A stretch of DNA of 64,000 bases from Felis catus (taxonomy: Eukaryota), in the NCBI RefSeq assembly GCF_018350175.1, contig NC_058373.1, positions 105,402,001-105,466,000 on the forward strand. The letters run 5' to 3'. This document shows, piece by piece, positions 51,125-62,989 of this stretch. The translations under genes and the position numbers were made by a program. The notes under the pieces were generated by a model. The model was not told where the DNA came from. It saw nothing but the letters and a program-made list of their open reading frames with translations, and made no database searches. Within the stretch, counting starts at the first letter, position 1. Each line of letters opens with the position of its first letter.

Positions 51125-52785
51125 AAGAATAGACGTATATCTTGATACGAAAAGCCATATAGAGGATACAGGCCTACACTAAAGGCCATATGGAGGATAC
51201 AGATGTGAAATGCCACCGGGATTAAGAGATGGAAGAAATTACTCAGGACGGGGTGGCATCTGTTGTCTTCTGAAAAGGATTCTGATAGATAAATGTGCCC
51301 AAGTTTAGAGCTAAACACAGTCTCAACACAGAGCCCAACGCAACCAGGAAGGGAATGGAGCTTTGCTTCTCTGGCAGCACTTTGTAAGCATACTGAAGCA
51401 GCGTGGGGAGACCAAAGTGAGTTAACCCCCTCTGTGCCCTCTAAACAGAAACCAGACAACCAGAGGAGGAGCCTGCGTGGAGCCCCATGGAAGGCGGCCT
51501 CATGTCCTCTCAACTGGTGCCAATATTTGAAACATCAGTAGGTGTGGTGGTTTCTCTGCTGTAGGTTTGCAGGTCCCCTGATGGGTGGGGAGGCCTGGCA
51601 GAGGAACAATCCCAGCACACATTGGGAAACAAATGTACAAATGTTCATTTGGGCGCCTTGAACAGCACACATGGGTTTCAGCTCTGGAGACTGCAAAGGT
51701 TCTTAGCAGGGAAGCAGTTAATGTGACACAGCACACTTTTAAAGCCAGAAGAATCTCACCGCCCCTTCCCCCCATCTGGGGCTGGCTTCTAGCTGAGTTT
51801 AAGAGATTTGGAAAGGATTTGAGTGAGGGGGGTGTGGTTCTGGTGGTTCAGTTCCTAGGAAATAAAACAATCCTTTTCTTTGACCTTTAATGTGATTCAG
51901 ATCAGCGTCTCCTTGGCACAAAGCCTTTTCTGTGCAGTCAGTTTGCTATAAGTGCAGCCACTTGACTTCCAGTTTTATGCTTCTTCTGTCACCAGCAGCC
52001 TGAATTTTGAGTGGGAAACCTAGCGATTCAGAGCTCAACCTCTGACTCTTGTATTGGTGATGCTTGAGAAGTTCAAAACCCAGCTCAAAGCCTGAATCCT
52101 CAGATAATTGTTTCTCCTTCCTTTCCTATAAATGATGAGGGGGAACAGGCTTCCTTGTGAATGACAAAACTGCAGGGGCTTAAGGAAGGACTTAGAACCA
52201 GTGATTGGATGGTCTGGAGCCACACTTTGGAATTGTCGTCTGATCCCAGATGACACACATGCTCCCCGGAGGGAAGCCGAAAAGCAAGAATTTAAGAAGT
52301 TAGGGACAAAGGAATGTACATTAAACTCCCTCACAAACCAGGGATTTGACTAATCCCAACGGAGTCATGAATCTGACTGAGGGAAGTTCTGTTTTTCATG
52401 TACTTCAGGACGCATGGTGCCCTTCTGTTGAAACAAAAATCCTGTCATATTGGTGCTGCCATATTGGTGGTGCTCTTTTGTGATACCATGTTTTGGCTGT
52501 GCAATTTGTAGCTAAGAAAGGTGAACACATTTTTACATAGCATCCACAATAGAAGTCTGGGCTGGGTTATTCAGGTAGCTTTGGAAATCTGTAAAGACTC
52601 AATATAAAAAGATAATTTTTTTCATTGTTAAGGAAACACGGATTTAGTTAGTTAAGGGGGCACAAGGCGGTTTAAGTACAAAATCAATAGAACTTGAGAT
52701 AGACAATCCACCCTAAGTGATAAAGGCTACTCGTTCAAACTAAAGTCAATATACAGAGAAGCATTGTAAAAGGCAGGAACGACTG

Positions 52786-52960
52786 CAGTGGTTCTCAAAC
52801 TTCAGTGGACGTAAAAGCCTTCATGAAGACTTGTTAAAGATGTAGATTCCCAAAGATTCTGATTCATCAAACCATTTCAAAGGCAAGGAACCAGAGTTTA
52901 AAACAAGCACCCTAGGGGATTCTGATATTCTGGGGTCACACATTGAGAAGTGGACTCGTG
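52786..52960. mobile_element. MER5A-like hAT-Charlie MITE
   Basis: cagtggttctcaaactt...cttgttaaa...agattctgattca...aacaagcaccctaggggattctgat...cacattgagaa. Confidence 0.75.
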
Positions 52961-53084
52961 CTCTAAAGAGGATCTTTCTCCTCGATGCAAAAGTGCCAAT
53001 GCAAAGATTCAGAATCTCAGTATTTAAACTATAATCAGGGTCCATCTCTGAAATCCTCCTAACGTCCTCACTGAGTTAAGCAAT

Positions 53085-54078
53085 CTATTAGTTAGGGAGA
53101 ATTTGGCTGTAGGTCATAGAATGCCTGGAAAACAGTGGCTTAAGCTAATAAGGACTTTTTTTTTTTTTTTTTTTTTTTTGAGAGGGGAGGATAAATGAGA
53201 AGTCTTGAGATAGGCAATCCAGGGGTAGTGGCTGGCCCCCCAGTGGTGGCTTCCCAGTGGTGGCCCAACAGTAGATGTATGAAGCATCCAAACTCCTGGA
53301 AACTGAATGTTACCTTATTTGGAGAAAGGATCTTTGCAGACATCAGTAAACATCTTGAGATCATCCTGTATTACTCAGGTGGACCTAAATCCAATGACAG
53401 GTGTCCTTGTAAGAATGAAACACAGGGAGATAAGTCAGACAGAAGAGGAGGCAGCAGTGTGACTACAGAGGTGGAGATGGGAAGGATGTGGCCACAAGCC
53501 CAGGGACAGCCACCAGAAACTGAAAGAAGCAAAGAACGGATTATTTCCTACAGCCCCCAAAGTGTGTGTACAGCCCTACCTGATTTCCAACTTCTAGTTT
53601 CCAGAACTGTGAAAGAATACATCTGTGTTGTTTTAAGCTGCTGAGTTTATAATTTATTACAGCAGCCCTAGGAAACTAATACACCAGCATTGGTAGAGAG
53701 AGGTTCCACCAGGAACCAAATTTCCTTCTGTCTTTCTCCTCAGCCATTCTTAGCATGAGCTTGTTGCTTCATGGCCATGAGGTGGCTATTCTATCTCTGT
53801 ATGGTGTCTGTGTTCCAAGAAGCAAGAGCAAAGGGAAAGGCATGGATAATTTAGTCTGCCTCTATGTTAAGGAGCTTTCCTGGAAGCCTCACCTAATAAT
53901 TTTCTAGTATCTCTCATTTGCCTGACCTGTGTCAAACAGCCACTCCGTCTGCAAGAGAGGCTGGGAAAAATCTCCTCCCTCTTTCTTTTTTAATGTTAGG
54001 TATCTTGTCATATCATACAAAATTGGATTAGTAAAAGGGAGGATGGATACTGGATAGGCAACCAGAAAACTCTGCCAA
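53085..54078. mobile_element. Old MLT1-type LTR with a nested younger MLT1
   Basis: tattagttaggga...acagtggcttaa start; continues after 53683 (ctcagccattcttagcatg, ctgcaagagaggctgggaaa). Confidence 0.55.
53242..53683 (+). mobile_element. MaLR LTR (MLT1C/D-like)
   Basis: tgaatgttaccttatttggagaaaggatctttgcaga...cctaaatccaatgacaggtgtcctt...ttacagcagccctaggaaactaataca. Confidence 0.85.
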
Positions 54079-54235
54079 GGCAAGTATGCCCAACAAACGC
54101 CAGTGTCCCAGCAAAGTGGTTCTTCTTTAGAACTTGGACTGGCTGAGACTGGTTAGTCTGAGTTGCTTGAGAACTCTACATGAGGGGCAGAGATTCCTTC
54201 TTGACCTATCCTTGGTGATGAATACTTTATATCTT

Positions 54236-54473
54236 TATTTTATTTTATTTTATTTTTAAATTTTTTTTTTCAACGTTTATTTATTTTTGGGACAGAGAGA
54301 GACAAAGCATGAACGGGGGAGGGGCAGAGAGAGAGGGAGACACAGAATCGGAAACAGGCTCCAGGCTCTGAGCCATCAGCCCAGAGCCTGACGCGGGGCT
54401 CGAACTCACGGACCGCGAGATCGTGACCTGGCTGAAGTCGGACGCTTAACTGACTGCGCCACCCAGGCGCCCC
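54236..54473 (-). mobile_element. Young felid Can-SINE (SINEC_Fc-type)
   Basis: CpG-intact body; TSD tatatctt. Confidence 0.95.
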
Positions 54474-55099
54474 GGTATATCTTAATGACATCAACCTAAG
54501 ATAAAGGAACTTCTGGGACCTGTTTACCTTATTTTGTCCTTAAAAGGAATTTCCTTTTGACCAAAAAAAATGGCAAATTTCTTGCCTCTGGCCCACAAGT
54601 TTTTGCAAACTTGGATATCTAGAATTTTTAATGAAGGTATCTCCTTTTGGCAGTGTGTTTCTCAATGCCACGATTTTTCTAATTATTATTAATATATATT
54701 TTTTTCAATTAGAAGGTAATGCAGTTGGCATAGCATTCACCTAGTAGGGCTGATGTGATTGAAAGCAGTAAGGTAGTCTTTTTTCCTCAGCTGCAGAGGT
54801 TTAGAAAGACTGAATATGGCTAAGGAACTTGTGATTTTTTCAAATGAAAGTTTGACTTTTCTTGGCCAGCCTTTGGTAAATAAACAGTCAGGTTCCCAAA
54901 AGGGCCATTGCAGTGGTGGTGTAAGCTCTGGACCCATCATCACTGGACTGTAAGCAAAGCTGCCCGATCAGTGCCCTGCGATAGGCAATGGCTGCTGATG
55001 GCTCCTCTCTGCCTCCATTTCCTGGTTTGACAGCCATATTACTTTGTGGCAGAACATACTTATATGAAACAGGATTCCCTGGGCCAAACTCTTACATTT

Positions 55100-55307
55100 G
55101 TTGGTTCTCAATGGGGAGATATTTGGCAATGTCTGAAGACATTTTTAGTTGTCATAACTGTTGGGGAGGGATTTGGAGGGGGTGCTACTGAAATCTAGAA
55201 GATAGAAATCAGGGATGCTGCTACACATCTTACAATGCACAGAACAGCCCCTATGACAAGAATTATCCAACCCTAGATGTCAGTAGGACTGAATTGGAGA
55301 AACCCTG
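55100..55307. mobile_element. MER20 hAT-Charlie MITE
   Basis: tggttctcaa...tttggcaatgtctgaagacatttttagttgtcataact...cagggatgctgct...caatgcacag...gagaaaccctg. Confidence 0.88.
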
Positions 55308-55454
55308 GCATACATAAACAATAACTTTTCAGGGTAAAAATTAAAAAACCTTAAGTTAAAATGAAAACAACCTTTTCCTAATGTCCTTTCACTTCTTCAT
55401 GAAAACCAGATGCAAGTGAGACCCAGGTTGGTTGCTAGCTATGGATGGAATTAT

Positions 55455-55682
55455 TATTATTATTTTAAAGTTTATTTATTTATTTTAAGAGAGAAGGACA
55501 GACAGTGTGTGAGTGAGAGGGGGAGGGGCAGAGAGAGGGAGAGAAAGAATCCCAACCAGGCTCTGCGCTGTCAGTGCAGAGCTCAATGTGGGGCTTGAAC
55601 TCAGGAACCGAGGTTTGAGACCATGACCTGAGTTGAGATCAAGAGTCAGATGCTTAACCAACTGAGCCACACAGGAACCCCC
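55455..55682 (-). mobile_element. Can-SINE
   Basis: TSD ggaattat. Confidence 0.92.
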
Positions 55683-55698
55683 GGAATTATCACTATTG

Positions 55699-55699
<1 letters not shown>

Positions 55700-55742
<43 letters not shown>
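55700..55742. repeat. (TAT)n microsatellite
   Basis: Direct observation. Confidence 0.95.
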
Positions 55743-57156
55743 GAGAAAAATTCTATTTCTAGGTATGACAACAAAAATTTCCAAAAATATTTTCACAGTG
55801 TTATCTTGTTTAACTTTTGTGAAAATTTTAAATGGAGAACATTTGAAGTTGCCATGACTTTCTGCATTAGTCATTCTGACAGCACTTCCAGCCTGTAGAG
55901 ACCAGCCTGTAAGGATTTTCTGATAAGTCCCAGACCATCTCCTAACCTTCAGGAGGGGGTGATTTGCTTCCTATTGAGTACAAATGGAATAAAGGGTTTT
56001 GAGCCAGGTAGTTGCTAATCATTGTGAATGCATCAGCACGTATTGGTCAAAGGGGTGAAGGCTGTTGCACAATGTAACCAGTTTTGAGAGAAAACTTGTG
56101 TAAATCAATGGACTGATGCTGTTAGTCTATATTGTGTGATTTTTCCTTTCCATTTGCTGGTCTCTTCAGTTTATGTCCAAGTGAGGATCCGTTAAGTAGA
56201 TTAACAGATAGCATCACTGTTTGCAACATTACAAACAAACGTGAGATGGCTTCATCTTTTAAGCTTCAGTTAATTTACAATAAAAGTTGTATTACAATAA
56301 ATTGCGTAGAAATTAAGAGCATCAAATAATGTTCCTTGACAGTTTTCAACTTTTGTTTCATCATCTACTACTCCTACTTTTGCCCATAGTCCTCCAGGAT
56401 TAGTAGACAGACAGACAACTCAATAAGATGCTTAATAATAGTTATGCCCATTTGGGTGATCTAAGAGAAAAAGTTGGTAAAAACATCTATGGAGAATCTA
56501 GTCCCTTTCTGTCTGGAAGGATTAACCACATGAAACAACCCTTATGAATCATGTTTATCCCTCTCACAGGCACTATTTGTATCTGAGCTTTGCGCAAGCC
56601 CAAATTCAAAAGATAAGTTCCCTTTCCTGAGTATTGTTATTTACATAACTCTCTGGACCTTGGAGTTTAAGGTTATAAAAGCCAAAACGTAAATGTCCTT
56701 CTTAAGCTTTTTAAAATTGTGGGTGATCTTTGCCTACACTAGAGCATTAGCATTATGGGAAGAGAGGTCTATTAAATGTCTGCTTTTTCCAGTAAAATAT
56801 AACTGAGATTGGCTAACTGCTTGATGATTAAGACTGAATTCTCTCTGGGCAGACAAGTCTGTTCAAATCTCTGACCCATGGTCAAGAAATGCAAATATAT
56901 GTGGGCTTGTGTGGAAAACTGTTCCTTTACCAATGGAGAAATATGTGGAATTGATTTTGTTTTCTAGTGTTTAATTGGATGCATCTTTTCTATTTCTTCT
57001 CCCCCTTTTTTCCTTCCTGTTTTGTTTCCTACCATTTCTTTTAACCTATTGACCCAATGTGGAGTGAATTCCTCGTTTTGAAGGGGGACTTGCTCAGCCA
57101 ATTTGGATGCTGAGATGAAAACAGTTAGGCTTTGGAGGCCTTTGGTTTGATAGGAA

Positions 57157-57656
57157 CCCACCCTTCCTTCCTTCCTTCCTTCCTTCCTTCCTTCCTTCCT
57201 TCCTTCCTTCCTTCCTTCCTTCTCTTTCTTTTCTTTCTTTCCATCCATGTTAGTTAGCATATAGTGAATTAATGATTTCAGGAGTAGAATCCAGTGATTC
57301 ATCCCCTACATATAACACCCAGTGCTCATCCCAGCAAGTGTCCTTTTTAATGCCCCTTGCCTATTTAGCCATTCCCCCCCCCCACAACCCCTCCAGCAAC
57401 CCTCAGTTTGTTCTATTTAAGAGTCTCTTCTGTTTTGTCCCCCTCCCTATTTTTATATTATTTTTGCTTCTCTTCTCTTATGTTCATCTGTTTTGTATCT
57501 TAAATTCCACATGTGAGTGAAGTCAGATAATATTTGTCTTTCTCTGACTAATTTCGCTTAGCATAATACCTTCTATTTCCATCCATCTACCTGCAAATGG
57601 CAAGATTTCATTCTTTTTGATTGCTGAGTAATATGCCATTGTGTGTGTGTGTGTAT

Positions 57657-57725
<69 letters not shown>

Positions 57726-58448
57726 CACACACCACATTTTCTTTATTCATCTGTCAGTGGATATTTGGGCTTTTTCCATACTTTGGCTATTGTCGATAGT
57801 GCTGGTATAAACATTGGGGTGCATGTGCCTCTTTGAAATAGCACACCCATATCCCTTGGATAAATACCTAGTAGTGTAATTGCTGAGTCATATGGTAGTC
57901 TATTTTCAATTTTTTGTGGAAACTCCATACTGTTTTCCAGAGTGGCTGCACCAGTTTGCATCCCCACAAGCAGTGCAAAAGGGTTCTTCTTTCTCTGCAT
58001 CCTCTCCAATATCTGTCATTGCCGGAGTTGTTAATTTTAGCCATTCTGACAGGTGTGAGGTGGTATCTCATTGTGGTTTTAATTTGTATTTCCCTGATGA
58101 TGAATGATGTTGGGCATTTTTTCAAGTGTCTGTTAGCCATCTGGATGTCTTCTTTGGAAAAGTGTCTATTCATGTCTTTTGCCCATTTCTTCACTGGATT
58201 GTTCTTTGGATGTTGAGTTTGATAAGTTCTTTATAGATTTTGGATACTAACCCTTTCTCTGATATGTCATTTGCAAATATCTTCTCCCATTCCGTTGGTT
58301 GCCTTTTAGGTTTGCTGATTGTTTCCTTCACTGTGCAGAAGCTTTTTCATGAGGTCCCAATAGTTCATTTTTGCTTTTGTTTCCCTTACCTCCAGAGATA
58401 TGCTGAGTAAGAAGTTGCTGCGGCCAAGGTCAAAGAGGTTGTTGCCTG
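57157..58448 (-). mobile_element. 5'-truncated carnivore L1 (ORF2 C-terminus and 3' UTR) with a (GGAA)n tail and an internal TG/CA/TA microsatellite
   Basis: ORFs give L1 ORF2 peptides ([22 protein letters not shown]...[19 protein letters not shown]) broken by frameshifts; flanking gataggaa at ~57149 and ~58449. Confidence 0.93.
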
Positions 58449-58669
58449 GATAGGAAAGCTTTCTTAAAGCCCATAGTACTTTATGTCTTTGGGTTATCTT
58501 AGAAATTCCCACCTAGAACTTTTGTTATTTTTCAAATATCTCAGTTATTTGAAAACACATGAAACAGTTTGTGCTGACTTAGGACATTTCTTCTTTAATT
58601 AACTACAAGAGGCCTGCCTCTTAATCACTAATATTTCAATAAAGAGAGATCTCCACAATTTGCACAAGT

Positions 58670-59090
58670 AGAACCATGTAATTTAGGCAAATCACTTTAA
58701 CTCTGTAGGTCTGTTTCTTTATCTATAACATGAAAGATTAGAGTCACTAAGTGACCTCTAATGTTTATTTAAGGTCTAAAATTATATGATTCTATGATTT
58801 TCCCCCCCACATGCGTATTTATGTCTTTTGTTTAATTGGAGTCAAAAGTCTGTAGCACACATCAGAAATAAGTAAGATCTGGTTTATAGACTTGGGATAA
58901 TATCCTAGCTCCCCACCTCTTATTTGAATTTGAACTACTTATGTATTTCTCTGAGGTGGCTTCTTTTATCTGTGAAATATTACCAGTCTCACAAGATTTT
59001 CATGGGAATGAAAGATAATTTTAAAGAGATAATTTTCAGGTCATTGAAATCGTGCCTTGTACTTAGTAGATGTTCAATAAATATTAGTTC
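58670..59090 (+). mobile_element. MIR fragments
   Basis: ggcaaatcactttaactct...tgtttctttatctataa; ctctgag...tctgtgaaat...gtacttagtagatgttcaataaatattag. Confidence 0.55.
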
Positions 59091-59208
59091 TCTGATCTTT
59101 TAGAGTCTTCTCATGAAACTCTTAAATGCCAATTTCTTCCCAGTTTGTGAATTATTCCTCATCAAAAGACATTGGCATGGCTGCCCTTCTTTATTGAGGA
59201 AAGGCTAA

Positions 59209-59365
59209 TCAGGTCATGATCTCATGGTTTGTGAGTTTGAGCTCCACGTTGGGCTCCATGCTGATAGCATGGAGCCTGCTTGGGAATCTCTCTCTTCCCC
59301 TCTCTCTTTGCCCCTCCCCTGCTCTCTCTCTCTTTCAAAATAAATAAACAAACTTTAAAAAAAAA
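59209..59365 (+). mobile_element. 5'-truncated Can-SINE
   Basis: Starts at tcaggtcatgatc; CT tract and A tail present. Confidence 0.88.
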
Positions 59366-60091
59366 TAAGAGAAGGCCAAGTGGGACAAGGTGAAATCAAG
59401 CTCAAGGATTCTGTCTCTTGCTGTAGACACAACTTCCTAATTTTTGTCATTAAAAACTCTTGGCAACAAAAAGCAACTTGGGATTTAACAGGAAAAAGCT
59501 GTCAGCCAGATTGATGCCTGTCAGAGGCTCCATGTCAATAAACATTTACAAGACATGAAGCTCGATAAATGTGACTTAATTCCAACAAATGAGGGGCAAT
59601 GGCAGCTTTGTGTCGGGTGTTAAGATCTTTCAAGGTTATTATTCTTTTTCAAGGTTATTTTTCCATTCTGCAGCAATTTCTCCCCAGTACATAAGTAATT
59701 GAAGCTGAGTGCCTATGAAGTTCATAGATAGCAACACTGACTAATTTTAACTAAGGAAAGAGATGTCCTTCTAAAATGAGATAGACTTCCTTCTGCACCT
59801 AAGGCCAAAAGATCCTTGCCTTCTTTGCTGAAAACGAACCTGCCATTCTTCATGCTGCTCAAACACAGCTAAGATTTATTTTGGCCAAAGAAAACTTTAT
59901 TTGTTCAGACTTTGTTATGCTGATGGATTCATAGGAGTCTGGAAGTGAAAGAGGACTCAGAAATGATTGTCTGAATTCTCCTCTTTCCCCCGACTTGAAA
60001 CCGAATGAGGTGGGCACAACTGGGATGTTAATGTAGCAAACTAGGGCCCAAACTAGAGAGTGGTTCAAGGGTGAGCCAAAGTCATTATCCT

Positions 60092-60285
60092 TTTATTTTT
60101 GGGACAGAGAGAGACAGAGCATGAACGGGGGAGGGGCAGAGAGAGAGGGAGACACAGAATCGGAAACAGGCTCCAGGCTCCGAGCCATCAGCCCAGAGCC
60201 TGACGCGGGGCTCGAACTCACGGACCGCGAGATCATGACCTGGCTGAAGTCGGACGCTTAACTGACTGCGCCACCCAGGCGCCCC
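60092..60285 (-). mobile_element. Young felid Can-SINE (SINEC_Fc-type), tailless
   Basis: CpG-intact body; TSD tcattatcctttta at 60082-60095 and 60291-60304. Confidence 0.95.
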
Positions 60286-62117
60286 CAAAATCATTATCCT
60301 TTTAGGAGAGTCAAGAGCACAACCAACCACCAAATCAATGGAGCAGCAGGGACACAGGAGAAGGAGTCAAGAGAGGGGAACTGAGCTAGAAGAAAACAAG
60401 GAGGGTCCTTGCTTAAAAGAGTGGGTATATGGATGCCTTATATTTTGCAGGTACCTAGGATACAGGAGGGTCAGCCTGGCTTGAAAATCCAGGCAGACAA
60501 TAAAGTCCAAACTCATCATTTCTTAGAAGAGGAGATTACTGCACTGAGAAGCTAAGAGATAATGCTAATATCTTTGTGGTGGCACAAGGGACTAGCTCTG
60601 GGGCCTCCAGATTTCTTTTTTATCTTTCTTCCCATGGCTCATTTTTTCTTTGTTGTTTCATTAATGGGCCTCCATTTACATTTGAAACATTCTTATTATA
60701 GTGATTCTCTGTTTATTGTTCAAGGGGAGTATGGGATGGTATCTGTTAAGGGTAGCTTATCTCTTATTACAAGACAATAGTACCGCACTGAATGGAAAGC
60801 TCAAGGGAAATGTAAGGAATTATTTTTATTGTTAGTGGGTTGTTGTTGCTATTATCATTTAGTCAAGGGCATAAAGGGATCTTCTGGGATGAAGAGGCTG
60901 TCATAGATAACCTTCTCTGGGGGGTGTTGTTCCTAGCATATTTAGGTCCTCATTTGAGGGTGAGGGTGAGTCCACCAATAGAACTGTCAGATATCAACAG
61001 ATGCCCAGAGAAAGATATCTTGGGGCACAGGGGGCTTTGTGGGGCTTAGTGAAAGGAGCCTACTGGCTCATAACATCCAAGGCTGCTCCACCAGTGTAAG
61101 AATAATAATAAGACAGTGGACTGATGGTGCCCTACTATGTGTCATGGTGGCTTCTGGAAAGCAAAGACCATGGTGTACCTAGCTTGGCATACCCAGAGCC
61201 CATGTTGGTAACCTGCCACCTAGGAATGAATGGTGCTGTATTTCCCCTTTTTACTGGTAGAAGTTAGTGATGATCTTACCTATTGTGCCAGCATAACCAC
61301 TCCATAGCAATTAACTAATTAATTCAACAAATAATTATTGAATAACTTCCACATACCAGGCACAGTTATGACTTGTTTTGCCTCTTAAAAACTACACCTG
61401 CCTCCACAGGTCCCATAGATTTTGCATGGATGAGCCCATTCCTAAATCATCTTGCTTAAAAGGCCCCTGAGCCCTGGATTACATGGACTAAAGTCACTAT
61501 ATGGTGTTTGCCCGATTTTATGATTTAAAAATTTATTGTTTGACTGTTGAGTTCTGAATTTTATTGGCTATTTATAATGATTTATGTTCTACTCATTAAA
61601 AGTTGTTTCATAAGCATGATAAGTCTGGATTAAGTATCCGTTTTAAAAGTTCCTAGCATTGGCTGCAAATCCAAAACTTAACAAGTTCAAGGTTTATTTT
61701 GAAATCACAGCAGTGAAATTGTATGGTCTTCAGTGTCCATGAGGGAACAGACTTTCCCCTGCATTCTGAACCACAATTTATTATTGTTTAAATCAATGCA
61801 TGACTCTTTGCATACCAGCCTGTACTGTGGGTCATACAGATTTAACCTCAGAACAAAATCACTTTGTTCAATAAAAAACAGGGCCCCTCCAGTCCTCTGG
61901 ACCTTTCTTCATGTATTCCATAAGAAAAAAAGTTTATTTGACTGCATGATAACCTCAAGCATAATTCCTCATAGATACGAACCTGACAAACATCTTACAC
62001 CCCCCCACTCCCCCTCCCCCCACTACAGAAGGGAATTTAATGCCAGCTTCAGCGTTAACTCCTGAAAGGCAGGTAGACAGTACTCTAAAAAACAAGAGCC
62101 TAGGAGAGTGAACACGC

Positions 62118-62346
62118 TTTTTTTAAAAAATTTTTTAAAACTTTTATTCAGTTTTGAGAGACAGAGAGAGACAGAGCATGAATAGGGGAAGAAGGGCAGA
62201 GAGAAAGGGAGACGCAGAATCTGAAGCAGGCTCCAGGCTCCGAGCTGTCAGCTCAGAGCCTGACACAGGGCTCAAACTCAGGAACAGTGAGATCATGACC
62301 TGAGCCGAAGTCGGACGCTAAACTGACTGAGCCAGCCAGGCACCCC
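62118..62346 (-). mobile_element. Can-SINE
   Basis: Antisense body; TSD tgaacac. Confidence 0.93.
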
Positions 62347-62651
62347 ATGAACACACATTCTTCATAAAGTAGTAATAATGTAAAAATTCTCATGTTTGCA
62401 CATAGTTCTTTTATATACATTCTCAATTTTATCCTTTCAATAGTTACAAGTCTTTCATGATATTACACTTCTAAAATTTTCTAGATTATGGAAAACACTT
62501 CAGTTTTAATTCCCCTAAAAGCAAGGTGGTTAGTAGGTGAGTAGGGTTTTAAAGGTTTCTGACATGTCTGCAGTTTACCTTCACTTTGAAGAAGACATTT
62601 GTTTAAAAGTTCCCCATTTTGGTATCATCTTGGAGATGGAGGTGCTGCTGC

Positions 62652-62673
62652 TTTCTTTTCTTAAAGTTTATTT

Positions 62674-62724
<51 letters not shown>

Positions 62725-62890
62725 AAGCCGGGGCGGGGGGTGGGTAGAGAGAGAGGGAGAGAGAATCCTAAGCAGAGTCCACGCTGTCCGCACAGAGCCT
62801 GATGTGGGGCTCGATCCCACAAAGCTGGAGATCGTGACCCGAGCTGAAATTAAGAGTTGGACGCTCAACTGACTGAGCCACCCAGAGCCC
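62652..62890 (-). mobile_element. Can-SINE with expanded (GA)n
   Basis: Antisense body with a long GA run at about 62677-62722. Confidence 0.92.
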
Positions 62891-62989
62891 TGGAGATGTT
62901 GCTTCTTAAGGGGACACTACATGCATTTGATTCTACACTGGTATAGTATTTGTCATCTTGCTTCATTAAGGGTACCTAAGATACTTAGG

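Noticed and set aside
52447..52470. Direct repeat catattggtg x2 resembling a CArG box
   Set aside because: CCATATTGG has only five A/T between CC and GG, so it is not a CArG box; likely a small slippage duplication.
57868..58194. ORF with reverse-transcriptase-element similarity as an active element
   Set aside because: Frameshifted C-terminal fragment of a 5'-truncated L1 ORF2.
1881..62872. Numerous 60-150 aa ORFs
   Set aside because: They derive from SINE, L1, LTR or microsatellite sequence (e.g. GAPGWRS..., ERERER, YIYIYI) or fall within chance length. I recognised no additional gene or processed pseudogene.
2862..62890. Dispersed near-identical ~200-bp repeats and tRNA-like A/B boxes read as a CRISPR-like array or tRNA genes
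   Set aside because: They are tRNA-derived Can-SINEs with CT tracts, A tails and TSDs, with no regular repeat-spacer periodicity.
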